Shown here one piece after another: positions 32,041 to 32,292 of a stretch of 32,292 bases of DNA. Under the pieces are notes generated by a model that did no database searches, was not told the origin of the DNA, and saw only the letters and a program-made list of their open reading frames with translations. Position 1 is the first letter of the stretch. Each line of letters starts with the position of its first letter. Source of the DNA: a bacterium (GTDB taxonomy: Bacteria > Patescibacteriota > WWE3 > JBDRAO01); NCBI GenBank assembly GCA_043823645.1, contig JBDRAO010000085.1, positions 1-32,292 on the forward strand. Direction: 5' to 3'. Made by a program: the position numbers and the translations under genes.

Positions 32041-32292
32041 CGAACTTTTTGGATTGGAAAGCGTGGCCGCTTCCTTGCAAAAACTTTTAAGCAGCCAAGA
32101 AATCCCCCATGCTTTTCTGTTTTTTGGCCCCCGCGGAGTGGGGAAAACCACCACCGCCCGCATTATTGCCAAATTTATTAACTGCCAGAAACCCACCAAA
32201 GATTTAGAACCCTGTGGGAGGTGTTCTATGTGCGTTTCTTTTGCCAACGATGCTTTTCTGGATCTTATGGAGATCGACGCCGCTTCAAACAG
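32006..32292 (+). CDS. dnaX: DNA polymerase III subunit gamma/tau, 5' partial (runs off the window)
   Basis: My own translation from the ATG at 32006: MFYRKYRPQKFSELFGLESV...HAFLFFGPRGVGKTTTARIIAKFINC...PCGRCSMC...LMEIDAASN. It is absent from the ORF track because there is no stop in the window. Confidence 0.9.
   Translation, partial: MFYRKYRPQKFSELFGLESVAASLQKLLSSQEIPHAFLFFGPRGVGKTTTARIIAKFINCQKPTKDLEPCGRCSMCVSFANDAFLDLMEIDAASN

Noticed and set aside
32011-32247. 78-aa minus-strand ORF at the window end
   Set aside because: It lies antisense to an unmistakable dnaX N-terminus (GPRGVGKTT, EIDAASN) on the plus strand.
1-32292. Alternative genetic code (UGA recoding, as in some candidate phyla), CRISPR arrays, a reverse transcriptase/DGR, toxin-antitoxin pairs
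   Set aside because: Many well-supported genes end at TGA exactly where the next gene starts (e.g. 2724..2726, 11862..11864), so the code is standard. I saw no spaced direct-repeat array and no RT motifs (YxDD). I also saw no small two-gene cassettes beyond the Fic protein, which carries its own inhibitory motif.

Overview
Gene-dense (about 90% coding), moderately AT-rich bacterial segment. Many stop/start overlaps of the ATGA type, standard genetic code. The content suggests a reduced, CPR/Patescibacteria-like genome: an archaeal/eukaryotic-type ATP-dependent DNA ligase, a sortase, a stand-alone 5'-3' exonuclease, fused housekeeping genes, and a secE-nusG-rplK-rplJ-rplL cluster with no rplA. 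Most of the window is core. This includes ribosomal proteins L7/L12, L10, L11, L28, L33 and S21, plus nusG, secE, dnaB, dnaX (5' partial at the window end), recF, mutM, def, fmt, mreB, an RluA-type pseudouridine synthase and four CCA-encoding tRNAs (Arg-CCT, Thr-GGT, Trp-CCA, Leu-CAA). I found no CRISPR array, reverse transcriptase or recognisable defence cassette. The loci most worth a second look are: (1) a large serine recombinase gene bracketed by a perfect 56-bp inverted repeat, whose right copy supplies the last 6 nt of tRNA-Arg; (2) a translationally coupled sortase / PEGA-beta-propeller membrane protein / divergent MreB paralog operon; (3) a glycogen module (GlgA, GH57-UVR, GlgA fused to a GalT/HIT-like nucleotidyltransferase) with no glgC in the window; (4) a strongly paired roughly 97-nt leader upstream of rplK in a cluster that lacks L1; (5) a YbeY-Pth single-frame fusion; (6) a truncated tRNA-Leu 5' copy interrupted by a 28-nt hairpin; (7) an ORF-free hairpin-rich roughly 130-nt candidate sRNA; (8) a GC-enriched orphan methyltransferase divergent from an orphan 7TM-GAF histidine kinase. 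All functional calls rest on motif recognition by eye. No searches were run.
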